A DNA stretch of 64,000 nucleotides from positions 1,745,773-1,809,772 of the forward strand of contig BDGG01000010.1 in assembly GCA_001949185.1 (NCBI GenBank), in the 5' to 3' direction. Shown here one piece after another: positions 1 through 12,198 of this stretch. The notes under the pieces are model-generated. The model did not search any database. It was not told where the DNA came from and worked only from the letters and a program-made list of their open reading frames with translations. The first letter of the stretch is position 1; each line of letters opens with the position of its first letter. Made by a program: the position numbers and the translations under genes. The stretch comes from Ramazzottius varieornatus (lineage: Eukaryota; Animalia; Tardigrada).

Positions 1-500
1 TGGATGTAGTAGGCACGTTCCCGTCGACCTTTGATGATTCAGCATCTTCTGGGTCTTTGTGCGAGGCAGCTGAGGCGGATGAGACGTTACTGTTGGTCCC
101 CGCTGAGTCACGCCGATCAGTCAACACCTCATCGGAGGGATGACGAGCGCCATTTACATCATTCGTATGATAGGACAAACGACCGCGAAACATGCTGGAA
201 GAGTCCACGACAGGTGGTGGACTGTAACTGCGAGGCACTGTAAAAGCCTAAAAATCAAAAAGAATAAGCTAGAAAATTTACTAAAAAAGATTAATAGATG
301 GCGAAACGAAGAGTTGCAAAACTTACTGCAGGTTCCTTGCGGTCTTCCAGAAGATCGGTCCACTTCGTTTGTAGAAGTAACTGGGATGGTTCGAAGTGAT
401 GGGCGGTGATGGGAAGTCCAGGTGGGAAACCTCCTCGTTGTTGAAGACTTCGGAACTGTTCAACGTAGTTGGGAGTTTCTTGTGAGAGGTTGACTGCCAT
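1..500 (-). CDS. N-terminal part of an unidentified protein (partial, continues off the left edge)
   Basis: ATG at 500 with an in-frame stop upstream. Exon 500-327 (MAVNLSQETPNY...DRKEPA) ends at a GTAAG donor. An intron 326-248 ends TTTTTAG, and exon 247-1 stays open (AFTVPRSYSPPPVVDSSSMFRGRLSYH...KVDGNVPTTS). S/P-rich, no domain recognised. Confidence 0.65.
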
Positions 501-550
501 TTCCTCTGTAGCTGCTGAAGTTGCGGACTTTCAAGCCGAGATACTCATGC

Positions 551-3500
551 TGACGAAATGGACAGGAGGGTGGAAAAAATGTTTCTATCGTTATCAAGCG
601 TTGTAGGAAAGTGAAGGTATGTTTGTCTTTGCGTTCATTCAGAGGTGTTTCCCGCAACAAGGTTGGTTCGCAGCGTTAAATAATTTTGCGCTGCGATAAA
701 GACAATTGTGCGGAGGTGCGATAGCGCGGCCAATAATCTGAAAAACAACATCTTATCAGAGTTTGCAGGCGAAACTGCTCATCAAACAGAAAAATATGCA
801 ATACAAGTCTGATTGAGTAATTTTCTCCAAGCGAAGTCCATCGAAAAGTAAGCAAAAGGTCGGTCCTCCGCGATAGTTTACACGGATATGACTAATATGG
901 CCGAACATTTTATTACACTGAGAAAAGTCCGTCTGGCTTTTCCTTCACCATGATCGTTCTAGAAAATACCTCTCGAAAAATAATCCACAAAAATTTCACG
1001 AAGGTACTTCTCAAAAGGACGCGATCTGATCGACACTCTGATGTGATGGATGATTAGTCAGGAAGAAATTAGAGGGAGCGAGTTCGACATGTCAACTCGG
1101 CAATCGTCAGGAGGGGACTCTCTTCCATAAAAAAGAGAAGACCTAATCCTCACACAGTACCAATAAGACCTCGATCAACACACAAAGGACAACAGTCTGC
1201 GAAGAGCTTGGAGGGACCAGCTTGATTGTATTACGTGCATATATGGATGGATACGTGCGTCGGTAAAAAGCAAGAAACAACTGGCTTGTTTTTCTACCCA
1301 CTGGAAACACGAAGCCATTACCTTCTCTCATGATCGCAGTAAGGACACCAACAGCATCCGCTACCCATTGGAATCAGGCACGTTTTCCAGCTTTTTCATG
1401 ACGTCAAACAATTTCTATTTTCTCCCTTCTTGTTGTTTTTGAGACCGTCTCAGTACTGTATAGCACCATGCACTGCACCGGCACAACAAAACGCCCAGCC
1501 AACCTTGCTCCCTTTTTTCTCATCAGCCGAATCACATGAGATATTATGTAGATTATATTTTCCAAAGAAAATCCACCGCATCCACACCGAGAAGGCAAAT
1601 TTTCGCGCTGGATGTCATCTTAGAACTGATCGAAATCGAATATTTTCGACTTACAAGTCAGCAACGACCTTCACAGGGTTCCCCGTTAACTATAAGGAGG
1701 AAAAGTTTCCGTAATGGTTCCGTCACCATTATGGTCGGGAAAGGAAAGAACAGAGACATGGATCCTTCCCCTGTGCGTTGAATGGATAAAAAACAGCGAG
1801 GCTGGGTGGAAACCAGTGAGACATTTCCAGGATGGTGGTAATTATTTTTCTCAGTAGCAGTCAGGAAGTTGGGAGCTCATTCGCTGGCATTGACTTCCGT
1901 CACGATCGCTCTTAAATATCACTAAAGCTGTATGGCTCAACCTGAATGGCCTGTTGATCATGAAATAAGGATACAACCAGCTTACCGACGCACACATCAA
2001 CCCGACGCTTGTTTTTTGTTTCTGGTTCTTCCTTCACTTTACAAGGACGTTACGTACAGCCCCTAATCAATATTTCAGGCTCTTGGCGCTTTCCCTGTGG
2101 CCCTCCCTTCTGTACACTTGTTTTATTTGTGGACCCAAGCTGGAATTTCTGCGGGCGCATCAACAAAGACCACACCGGTGCACCATGTACGTCTACAGAC
2201 CATAAAAAAATGCAGTACACAGCCTCTGTGTTTTACGATAAGTTAGTTGCCCTTCGAACGCGTTTACGTATTTCAGTCACTTCTATCACAGAATTTTTCC
2301 TAATGGCCAACCAAGCCAATGTTTTGGCATAGAATGATGCACCAGTTTTTTCGCTGATAACCGTAGCTTCACGAGCCATTCTTGAAAAGATAAGAATCAT
2401 GGAATGTACCCAGGACCAGAAAAAAAAGCATTCGTCGTAAACAGAAGTTGGTTGTTGGCACGTTGCTGTGGTCAGCACGAGTCGTGCCGCTCATGACCGT
2501 CGATAACCCAACTGATAAACCCCAAAAAACCTACGCACAGACTGCGATATCTGCTGACTTTGAAACACCAGGTTATTACTCTTTTTCAAAGAAAATTATC
2601 TCTTCATTTTTCTCGGCTTTTCTGGTCAATTTCTGGATATTGGTTCAAGAGAGGAAAGATGGCTCGTGTCCCAGAAAGAGCCTCAGGTAGACACGGCGAA
2701 CCCTGACAGGTTTCCCACGACCACACCCTCGCGCTTTTATCTTTCTGCGTCGTGAAGACGGAAGTTCCGGCCTGACCAGAAGCAACGAAAGAGACATGCA
2801 AAGCTGCAGGTTCTTGTCCACTGTCCAAGTAGCAGATCAGGGCTGTCTAAGGCAAGAGAGAAGCAAAAAGTGAAAAGTGACCACTGGCTATGTTTAGTCA
2901 AGATTGAACTTTTGTCCTTTGGACCGGACAAGAGACATTAAAAGTTTTAGAGGCGAGGCAGGCGCAAACGTCGAAGAACAGAAACTGGTATGGTCGATAG
3001 GCACTCTTTCCAAGAAAGTAAATGGCCCGATTTAAAGTTTCACTTCATCACACCGCACTAGCTATCACATAACGACACAGTCTTGACCACTGTCCCTTTC
3101 CTTCTTCCCCACACACACAAAGACTCCTAAAATTCGAGTCTATAAAATCAAAGCTCTTTCACGCATCGCCATCCACGATTGCGCCGCAAACTCGTTTTTC
3201 CGGCTCAAACCGGCCTTTGGTACTTCCTATTGCAACACCAAAAACCACAAAACTAGCCAACAGAGAGAAAAAACACGAGGGGCCAATTTTCTGGCGCGAA
3301 CGATATCTCCGTTGCCTTCATCGCGTGGCGGGAAGAGGATGCTTTACGGAAATAACGTAGCTACAGTCCGCCCGAAACCAAACAACGAGCCACCTCACAA
3401 GATCCAGGAAAAGTTTCCACCACAGCTAGATAGCGCACCTCCTTTACGCAGTAAATGAACAAGGATGCAGGCATACTCATATTTAGAACAGAACTTTACA

Positions 3501-6500
3501 GTAGGATAATCCGTGGTAAAGACCTCGCCACCTGTGGCCTTGGAGCTCACGCGATGTCCCGTAATATCGATCGATTGACACCAACGCGGTTACAGAGTTC
3601 CGGACGTTCGGTCCTTCTCGCACCTGGTACCGCGTTTGACATTAGAGCCAAACTGTAAAGACCTACGAAGGTTTCCAGATAAGGGCCTGCCGGCGGACCT
3701 ACTTACTACCGCAAGATCTAGATCACAGCGAACCCGAGCTCAATATCTGACAAAGGGGAGAACAATGCACCAAAAATCGATCGAACTCAAAAAACCACAC
3801 TTTAGTAGACTGTGTGAATTTAGCAAGCCAGCATGAAACCTAAATGGCAAGTCAGAAGGTCTTTTCAGGTGCCCAACCTTGGCTGTTAGCATATTACCCA
3901 GCTGTTCTCATCAGGAGTTCCGCCCTCTGTGGAAAAAAATTTCATAAAAACTTACTTGATTTGGAGAATCCCGGTGCGAAGTGGGCCCTCGAAGGTGTTC
4001 CAGTGGATGAAACGAACCTTAATCCAAACGTCTGTCCATTACCGGAAGGGAGAGAGCGCTGTCCTCCCGTGGCTTCTTCCGAGAAGTTCAACTGCAAGAA
4101 AAAGAAGCACGTTATGAAAAATGGCACTGTGAGGCTGAAAGGAAAAAGTAATGAAAAGTAATATAGCCAGTGGTCACTTTTGGAAACTTTATCGCGCTGA
4201 CCTCGAGTGGTCCAAGGCAGCTTTGGATGTTTTATTTTAGAACAGTACTGACCAGTGGCCGGCCTCTCGGTTCTTTTCCGACCACCCTTCCTTCAGTCTC
4301 GCCTGACCATCACGTTGAACAACTGCTGCACATTTATCAGTAACACATAAAAACTCAAGTTGACCGCTGGTCTTGCTAGCTTCAAAGCCAAGGAAGGGAA
4401 GCGGACTTTACATTTACAACCAACGGATAACTCCGCCCAATGCCCCGTTTCTTTTTCCTTTCTTCTCGGCCGAACAAAATCCTTAAGCTGCTTGACCACA
4501 GGCTATCGCTCAAATATTCAACGCATTATAAAAAGTACAAATTTTTCTATGAACATACGCCCTGTGCTCGAGCTGACCTCGAACAAATTACAAGACAGTA
4601 GGCTGAGCAGAGCAAGTTCTGACCAGTGGTCAAACCAGTCAGTAAAGTGTTGCCACTTAAAATTGAGACTACAAGGGTAGACCGCAAAGCCATTATCGGA
4701 CTCTCTTCTTTACAAGCACCTTTGTTCTGCCCGGAAAGAAATTCCGACACTTCCTTATTTCCACACGAACGAATAGCGCAAATCTCAAAATCAAATTTTA
4801 GAAACCTTGGCGCCTTCGCATAAATTCGAAGAGAATATTTTCCGCAGTGCCATTCTTCAAAGGTTTCTTATTCTGAATCCGCTGAGAGTTTCCAGAAGAA
4901 AAAACTAGAAATGTTTACGTACCGGATAAAGTTTTCCAGAGGACTTAAAGGGCGGTATGATAAAAACAACATAGGAGCTAGGGCTAAGCCACATGGGAAC
5001 ACAGCCACACTGCTGATTACATCCTGTTTTGCAAAAGGCTGCCTCACAGGAAAAATACCAAATGCCAAAGCTGGAGCAGCTCACATGGTCGCACTGTCCA
5101 CTCGAGTCTCCACTGACCGGACACTACTGAATCCCGGGAAAGAGGGAAAAAGGGGAAGACGGGATGGTGGATATATGCAAGAATAGTCAAAACAAGTCCG
5201 GCCAACTGGCTAAAATAATCGATGCCCTAAAAAGCCTCTGATCGATACTTCCACTGTGGACATATGCATTTTCCATCCACCCAAAGCTCGCTGGTCAATC
5301 GGTCTCTCCACAAAAATATCTCATCCTGTTCAAACCGGGAAGGACACACGCTATGTTATGTTCGTTGTGTCGATAGCCAAAGGCCGAACGACAGTAAACT
5401 AAACGAACGCACCGTTCGATATCTGGCCGTTGCGTGATGTTCAAACCTGATAAACAAACCCCGTACGATCGAGCTTCAAGGACACAACTCTTTCCTAACT
5501 TGAACTGGAACAACCGAAAAAAAATTGTCTACCGGGTTTTTTGAACCTTCCTTCTCTGTGAGCTTTGCTCGTCTCCGGTCGAGCCGATATCCAACCGTTC
5601 ACTTTTTCCAGCCCATTTCTCACCCTTTTCCTTATCACTGCCAAAGAACACACAGATTTCGGACCAAGAGGTTAGAGAAAAGGCAAATAACCTCTGCGTT
5701 ATTTAGGGAGACAGTGTCTATTGTCGTTAATTAAAACACTAGCGTGAGAAGAAACTGACCGCTGGTCACTTGTCTTTTCTGCCCTTGTAGCTTGACTGAC
5801 CGTTTCCTGTGTCAATCACCTTTCCCTGTCCTTCTTCGCGCCTATAGTCTCCCAAGCCCAGATGACCGCTGGGCAGCTCCAGCAGAACCATGGCAGAACC
5901 AGCAAAGAACAATCTTCATTATCTTCCTGACATAACCGTATCAAAGGCATTGACCTCCTCGATCACTCCTGCTAATCAGTCTTCTGCCTTCGTTGACCGC
6001 CTGATTACGGTCCTACCTAAAATACTATCCAGTACTGTTTTATGATAAAAACTAACCGAAGACTCGAAAAAAATTTTCTAACTTCTGTTATGTAACTTGA
6101 CTCGATATGTGCAAACGAGTTCCTCGAATTCGTCAGCTATCTTGCTGTGCTTGAGACTTGGGCATGTCTTCGTTCGGTTGTTTCGTCTTTCTAAGCAAAC
6201 AATAGAAACTTCGTATACGGTTTTAAAAATCGGGGAAAGGGTTATAATCGGTGGCTGTAGAGTGGACGCTGGTCGGACATGTCAGGTCAGCTATATTTGA
6301 CTAGCTTGATGAGACTGCAGCTAGCTGCGGGTCAGACTGTCCATCTAGGCGCGACATGATGACCACCGGTCACTTCTCTGTCTCTTCATAATTTACAGCT
6401 AGCCATACGCGCAAACGAACCTCGGCCTTCTTGCCAGTTTTGAAAAATTCCACAAAGAGCGAGAAAGAACTTTTTAAAAGCGGATATATGTGTTCGCCAT

Positions 6501-9500
6501 ACTGACGAAACAGATGGCTTTGCTACATTCCAGAAGATTCGGCTGAAGAGAAGGAGCGTCGCGCCGCACTGCCGGTTCAATTCGCTCACATCATTATGCC
6601 TGCTTGCATGCCTGCTCACAAAAGCCATCGGATATGGCCTTGTCAACTAAAAATAAAGCATATATAAACAGATGACCACTGGTCGCCAGACACCAATCAT
6701 TCCCCACATCAAACTGCCCAAAAAGCTTCGGAACATGATCCTCCTCGATTACACAAGAACCTTCGTTGCACATTAGGCCAGATGGATGCAGCTGTATTCC
6801 CATAACCCGAAAACACCTTCCCTACTTGGGATCTTCGGGAAAGCTCCCCAAGACGTCATATTTGAAAGAGAAGTGGAGCTCGACAAAGTCCGAGGTTCCA
6901 CAAGAAATGTTCGTCTTTGTTCTCCCATTATGGGGGCCGGCAAACGATCTCGGAATGGTTGTCATCTCAAGTGACGCAAATTTCAAGCCAACGCCAAGGG
7001 AAACTGCGCGACTTGAGATAACGATCGTTTCGAGATTGTTTGGTTGCCTTCCATATTATGCGAAAGGAGAAAGTTCCTCATCTGATGTCACTGCGACTCG
7101 GATCGGACTTTCCGATCGTATAAAAGTCATGTTATAAAAAGTCATCCGCAAAAGTCCAGAGCAATCCGGACACGTCGGTCAGAAATTGATCCAGAGAGCC
7201 ATCATCGATCCCCGGCTTCCCGACGAACGGGAAGAGAAGCAAAGGCAGTGGTCAGCAAGGAGAAGAGAGCGGGGCTGTTTTTCAGTTCAGCAAAACGATC
7301 CCGCATAACACCAGGACTTCTTTAGAGTTCAAGTAGACTTTCGCCTCAGCCCATCACATTACACGACGACCAGTCATCCATCATTTAGCGTCATCCCAGA
7401 ACACGGGAAAGAGGGAAGACCAGATCTCAGTGACCTCACTTGTAGCCTCACATATGCACTGGTGGCAAACACGGCCATATATTTTGCAATCAATAACCTA
7501 TTTGCTTAACGAATATTTCCGACTGCTTGACTTCCTTTCCACCGTAGTTTTCATGTTGATTTGATGTCCTGCTCTTCCTGTCAGGTCAACTGTACCTGCT
7601 ACTACCTTCATGCAAGCAAAACGTCGTTATTTGAGCTGAATACAGCCGGATATTCCGCCGTGATGGGAGGACCACGCCCTAGTCGTCAAGAACCAAATGT
7701 CCAAATCTTCTCATAATTTTTACACGACGAAAAAACAGTCTCCAACGCTAAGCGAGGGATTTTTTTACAGGGAACGTCCCTTGAGGCACGAAAGACCGGA
7801 CTTACTGGTTCGTGGAAGCACTAGGATAGGCTTACCGGTTCGTGGAGTGCGAACGTGACGTACCAGGAATGTGGTTTACAATTTTGGAATGCGGAGACGT
7901 GAGCGCACAACTTCGGTCCTAGTAATTCGGACGTCTTCAGTGGTTGGGTTGTCCAGCCAGGAAGTAAACGGCTGGAGATATCCTTAGCTCGGATAGACCT
8001 GCAAAAACAAAAAGTTTGTTAGTCGAAGATCGAGGATAAAGAAGAGATTCAAGTTCAATGCCTGTTCGTGTGGGAGGTAAGAGTAAATATGCAGTCGACC
8101 TTAGTGCTGTTCAACCGTCCATCCTGGACTCTGTCTCTGGACATGCGCGACTGGGTCAATGAGACAACGGTATTGATTCAGATCAATCGATATATATAAA
8201 AGATGCAAAACACAGTCCGAAAACAAGTTAAGCCAGCCTCTGGTTTTGTGCGGCTCGGGCAAAAGACGTCCCCAACGGCACTTTCGCTCAACGTTAGCAA
8301 GCCCAACAAGAAAAATAACCGACTACATGGGGTGACATAAGCTCCCGTTTGAAGAATCCTTTGAGTCTTCGTCTATTCGGTAGAATGTAATTCTAAAAGT
8401 CGAGTAAATTTTAACAAACAAAATTATTGAAAAGGTTCAAGGTTCGGCCGGAAGCACGCGCCTCACGATCGAGGGAAGCGCAGACAAAAAAGTCGGACAT
8501 CCTACTTGCAGGTGATCAAAAGATCTACGTGCCACCTGGGACCTATGTGAGCAGACAGTCTGGGACTCACTCTAAGTGAAAAGGAGAAAACATTCAGATT
8601 CAATCAATTTTTTTCTGCTGTTCCGCTCAAACAAACCGCCAAGGGATTCAGCGGATAGCGCTGCACCGTCTGCACGTCAGCAGGCTACCGGTGTCAGACA
8701 ATAAAGCTCCACATTACAGTTTCCTGTAACAGGCCTAACGCAAGACTTTGCTCGCACATGCTACCCAAAAGGCGATTATGAGCGGAAAGCTTCGGAAACT
8801 AATCCACTTAGTTTGGTTTTTTACGCTAGGAAGGATTTCTTGAAAACTCTTGTTGTACCGGGACTGACTATACTGACGGTAGACAAAAGACCGATTTCGA
8901 AGCCAGTCGGACCTGGTAAAGGTCGACCGTTACTGTACCACAGCTAGCGTCATGGCCTGTTACACGCCCTCTCCGAAACTTCCTCGTGACTGTACGTAAC
9001 AGCCAACGCCATTCGAACATGATGATATCATGGGTCTCATGCAATAAGAACCACGAAGTACCTTCGCCATTCCCTCTTCCCCTTATACCGAAAAATATTC
9101 GGTCCTTACTATATAAGTAGGTAAGGAAAGTTCGATTGCTTAGGCTCCAGTAAAAGTAAAAATACGTTGGTTTTCTACCTTCCAGAAATATCCTTACCTC
9201 AGTTGAAAATGTCAGTCTGTGACCCAAAGGTGGTCTTACCTGGACACTTGTGTCTGACGAGAGCGATGTCTTTACTTGAAGATACCAAGCCGGGGAGGAA
9301 GCAACGTGTTTTATCTGGAAAAAGAACGAACCGTGAGTTGTCTGGCATCAACCTGCATATACACGAGAAAATAAAAAATAGGAAGGTTTTACATTTTTAT
9401 CGCCGTTAGACCTTCGACGCGGAGAATACAAAAGTCCACCCTGCCACGCGCTGAACAAACAATGAAATTTTTCCGTTCCTCCAGTCTCAGCAGTGAGTAT

Positions 9501-11800
9501 TGGCTAACAAACACTGATAAAAGAATAAAGTGTATCGCACCTTATCGTAAAAGTTTGCTGGAGCAGATTGGTTACATACCTGGTTGTTTCAGCCATCATT
9601 GCGTGTTTTACGGACTCGGACGCGCACACAGTCGGCGAAGGTCGATTGGAGCAGGGAGAGTATTTCAGGGGAAAAATGACTTCATAGAACCTGCCAACAA
9701 AATAACAGTCGCAAAATGCGTACACAGGATGTGCAACCTGGAGTTCTATAACTATAACTAGCTTACTGGGCTAAACCACAGACAGAAAACTCACAACGGA
9801 CATGGTGTCTTTAATGACTGCCCATAAAAGTGGGAAACCCTTAAACACGTCCATAATCCGAAGCTCATTTTTTAAACTCACGAAGGACATTAACAGGTCG
9901 CGTTAGCCTCTCCGTGAGGTTAACTAAGTGGACGATTCAGATATTGACAAGGATCAGAGGACGAAAATCAGCAAACCGACCGCGTCGGCGACCCAGCAAA
10001 AAGCCAAATAAATAAACGAAGTTATTTTTTAGCGCCTAGAGTCTCTAGTCAAAGTAAATAAACTTCGGAATCTCTGGCATTGGCATGGCCGGATGATAAG
10101 GTGGTATTTCAGCTGAGAAACCAGAAAAATGTTAGATGTTTCGAATGAATAGTCGAATAGCAAGAGCTCTAGACCTTCCTGCAAGTTTCGCAACAAAAAA
10201 CCAATGCAACGAAATAAGTCGACAAAATTAAAAATCAGTGTCAGTAGAATTCACCGTAATACTGTTCATAGATATTAGAAAACGCTTACTTTCCGTTGTT
10301 GTTGATAATGGCAGAACATCATCCGAGAAGATGATTAAATTTAGCGGTAACTCAAGTGGAAAACCCACCACCACCATTTTTTACAGCAGAAAACAGCAGC
10401 CTTCGTGGAGTTGCGCTATTCAAAAACCACTGAGTCGACTGACAGTTTATAAAATTACTGTAAGTTCGAAAGATTAGGACCCGAATGGGATTATGGGCGT
10501 AGACTGTTGAGAACTATCAATATCTGTTCTAGAGTAACAGTCCCCAATTCTCGACGTCCTAACCAACCCAATAGCAAAATTCCTCATACAGTTCTTGGCC
10601 CTTCATCTGATTGAACAAACAGGGGAATAAGAAGATCGATTGTTTTTCTTCCTGCATTATCCTTAGACGATTGAAAGCTCAGACCCTCGAGCAGGCGCTG
10701 TATCTTCTCTTTCTCGCTTGAGAAAGAGGAGACACAAGACTCTGGAAAAAAGTAAAAGTGACTGCCCAGGACGATTTCTTCTATTGTGCGGTCTTAGTTC
10801 TATTCTTTGTGAAGACGTAATCTTCCAAGACATCGGGTAGATCTTTTCTGCCTCGACAGGGAGACTATTACACGACCTACATAATCATGAAAGAATTTGG
10901 ACGGATCACTTACCACCTTATCGGTATGTCGACCCGTCTTCCATCTTCCGGATAAGGTTCTAGTTTTTGTGCTGACGATAGAACAGCTTCTTCTTCTTGG
11001 CGGCCCGTCTTTCTTTTGAGATGGCTCTCTGATTTTGCCCTTCGAAAACATACGATGCCTCAGATCGGCAGTATGACACTCGACGTACCTCTGTATCTTG
11101 AATCGCACGATTACTTCGCTAAAGTCCGAGTAGGGTCGCGGCGTCCAAGAGCTCTTGCTGGATACGGATCCGTCTCATCTGCAGCATAAGAACAGAAAAT
11201 ACGTTACTCAAGCGAGTCAGGTGGTAAAGAACGGTGAAGTTGGGCGCTTGGCTTCCGAACTTACGAATAGCAAACTCGCCCGCCAGTCCGGAACATCTTT
11301 TTTACCTTCCCAACTTTAAAATATCAGCGTATTCCGAGAAATGGAAACCACGAACTTCCCCCAAGCTGGTTCACAGCTCTCTGTTTACAGGATTTGTCGA
11401 CCTGAAAATCAAGAACAGTCGGAGTGCTTCGATCAAGAACTAATTAAACCTTTCCCTCCACCATGAGCATTGGGGATCAACCTTCCGGTCTTTGTACACG
11501 AAGCTTGCGTTCAGGACTCACAGAGATGCTGCGCGACCGAGCAAAGATGGCTCCCTCCTCACCAATAAGCAGTGCATTTGCCCACGGTTCCCGCGACGCG
11601 TGGGCGAGAGCGGACCCGGCGAAAGTTTCCTGTTTCCGGCGTCTCCCCTCTTCGTTCTGCAAAGACACGGTCAGGCGGAGGCATATGCTAATCCGATAAA
11701 GGTGCAGCAAGTTCTACCGAAAGCCAAGATCTGAAGTAAGAAGACATCCAGGAAATCGAAGGAAATTATTTTTCGAGAATCCGGATCTGAAAACAGTGAA
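551..11800 (-). other. Long non-coding region with multiple candidate minus-strand exons (5' leader/introns of the left-edge gene, or lncRNA)
   Basis: No recognisable ORF in ~11 kb. Repeated minus-strand acceptor/donor pairs: exon 7998-7836 (branch ACTAAC at 8023-8018, TTTTTGCAG acceptor, GTAAG donor), exon 11401-11265, intron 11264-11179, and further acceptors near 551, 4135, 9353 and 11786. Confidence 0.45.
2873..7254. promoter_or_regulatory. Cluster of palindromic TGACC-N3-GGTCA sites (putative homotypic transcription-factor binding cluster)
   Basis: Exact copies at 4620, 5756 and 6360. Near copies at 2878, 4164, 4249, 4361, 5863 and 6673. Weaker copies at 3084, 5285 and 7242. The regulatory role is inferred. 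Confidence 0.55.
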
Positions 11801-12198
11801 AAGAGAAACTCTGTATTCCGCCATTTAATCAAAATTTAATCTCGGTCAATCAACCCAAGTTGAATGTGAATACTTGTCAGGCATCCGTGTCCCGAATAAA
11901 TCGCAATGTCGCGGTTACAACAGAGTCGCTGGAGACGAAAAACCACATTACCACAACAATTCTAGTAATCTGGTTGTTTCGGACTTCCGGTTTGTGATTG
12001 CGGAATCTGGAGTGGAGCCTGGAATTCAACTACCCTCGTTCCTGAATCCTGACGTAGTGACGTTACTGGTGCCGGTACCAACGCGAACAGCTGAAACAGC
12101 GGAGCTTACCAGATTCTTGGCGACGGCGTGCGTGAAGGATTCGACATTGCCGATATCTTCCTAGTCGGCTATAGTGCACTTCTGGTTAAGATTTAAGA

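Noticed and set aside
4120-4856. AATGGCACTG (miR-263/183-like 5' end) at 4120 (+) and near 4845-4854 (-)
   Set aside because: The match does not extend and I could not build a pre-miRNA hairpin.
2873-7254. CRISPR-like or recombination-site reading of the palindrome cluster
   Set aside because: Eukaryotic context, irregular spacing (about 85-1100 bp), only 13 bp and degenerate, and no cas or recombinase gene nearby.
600-11734. Many 60-123 aa ORFs in the ORF track across the first 11.7 kb
   Set aside because: No domain motifs, random-looking composition, mostly non-ATG starts; no transposase, RT or viral signature found.
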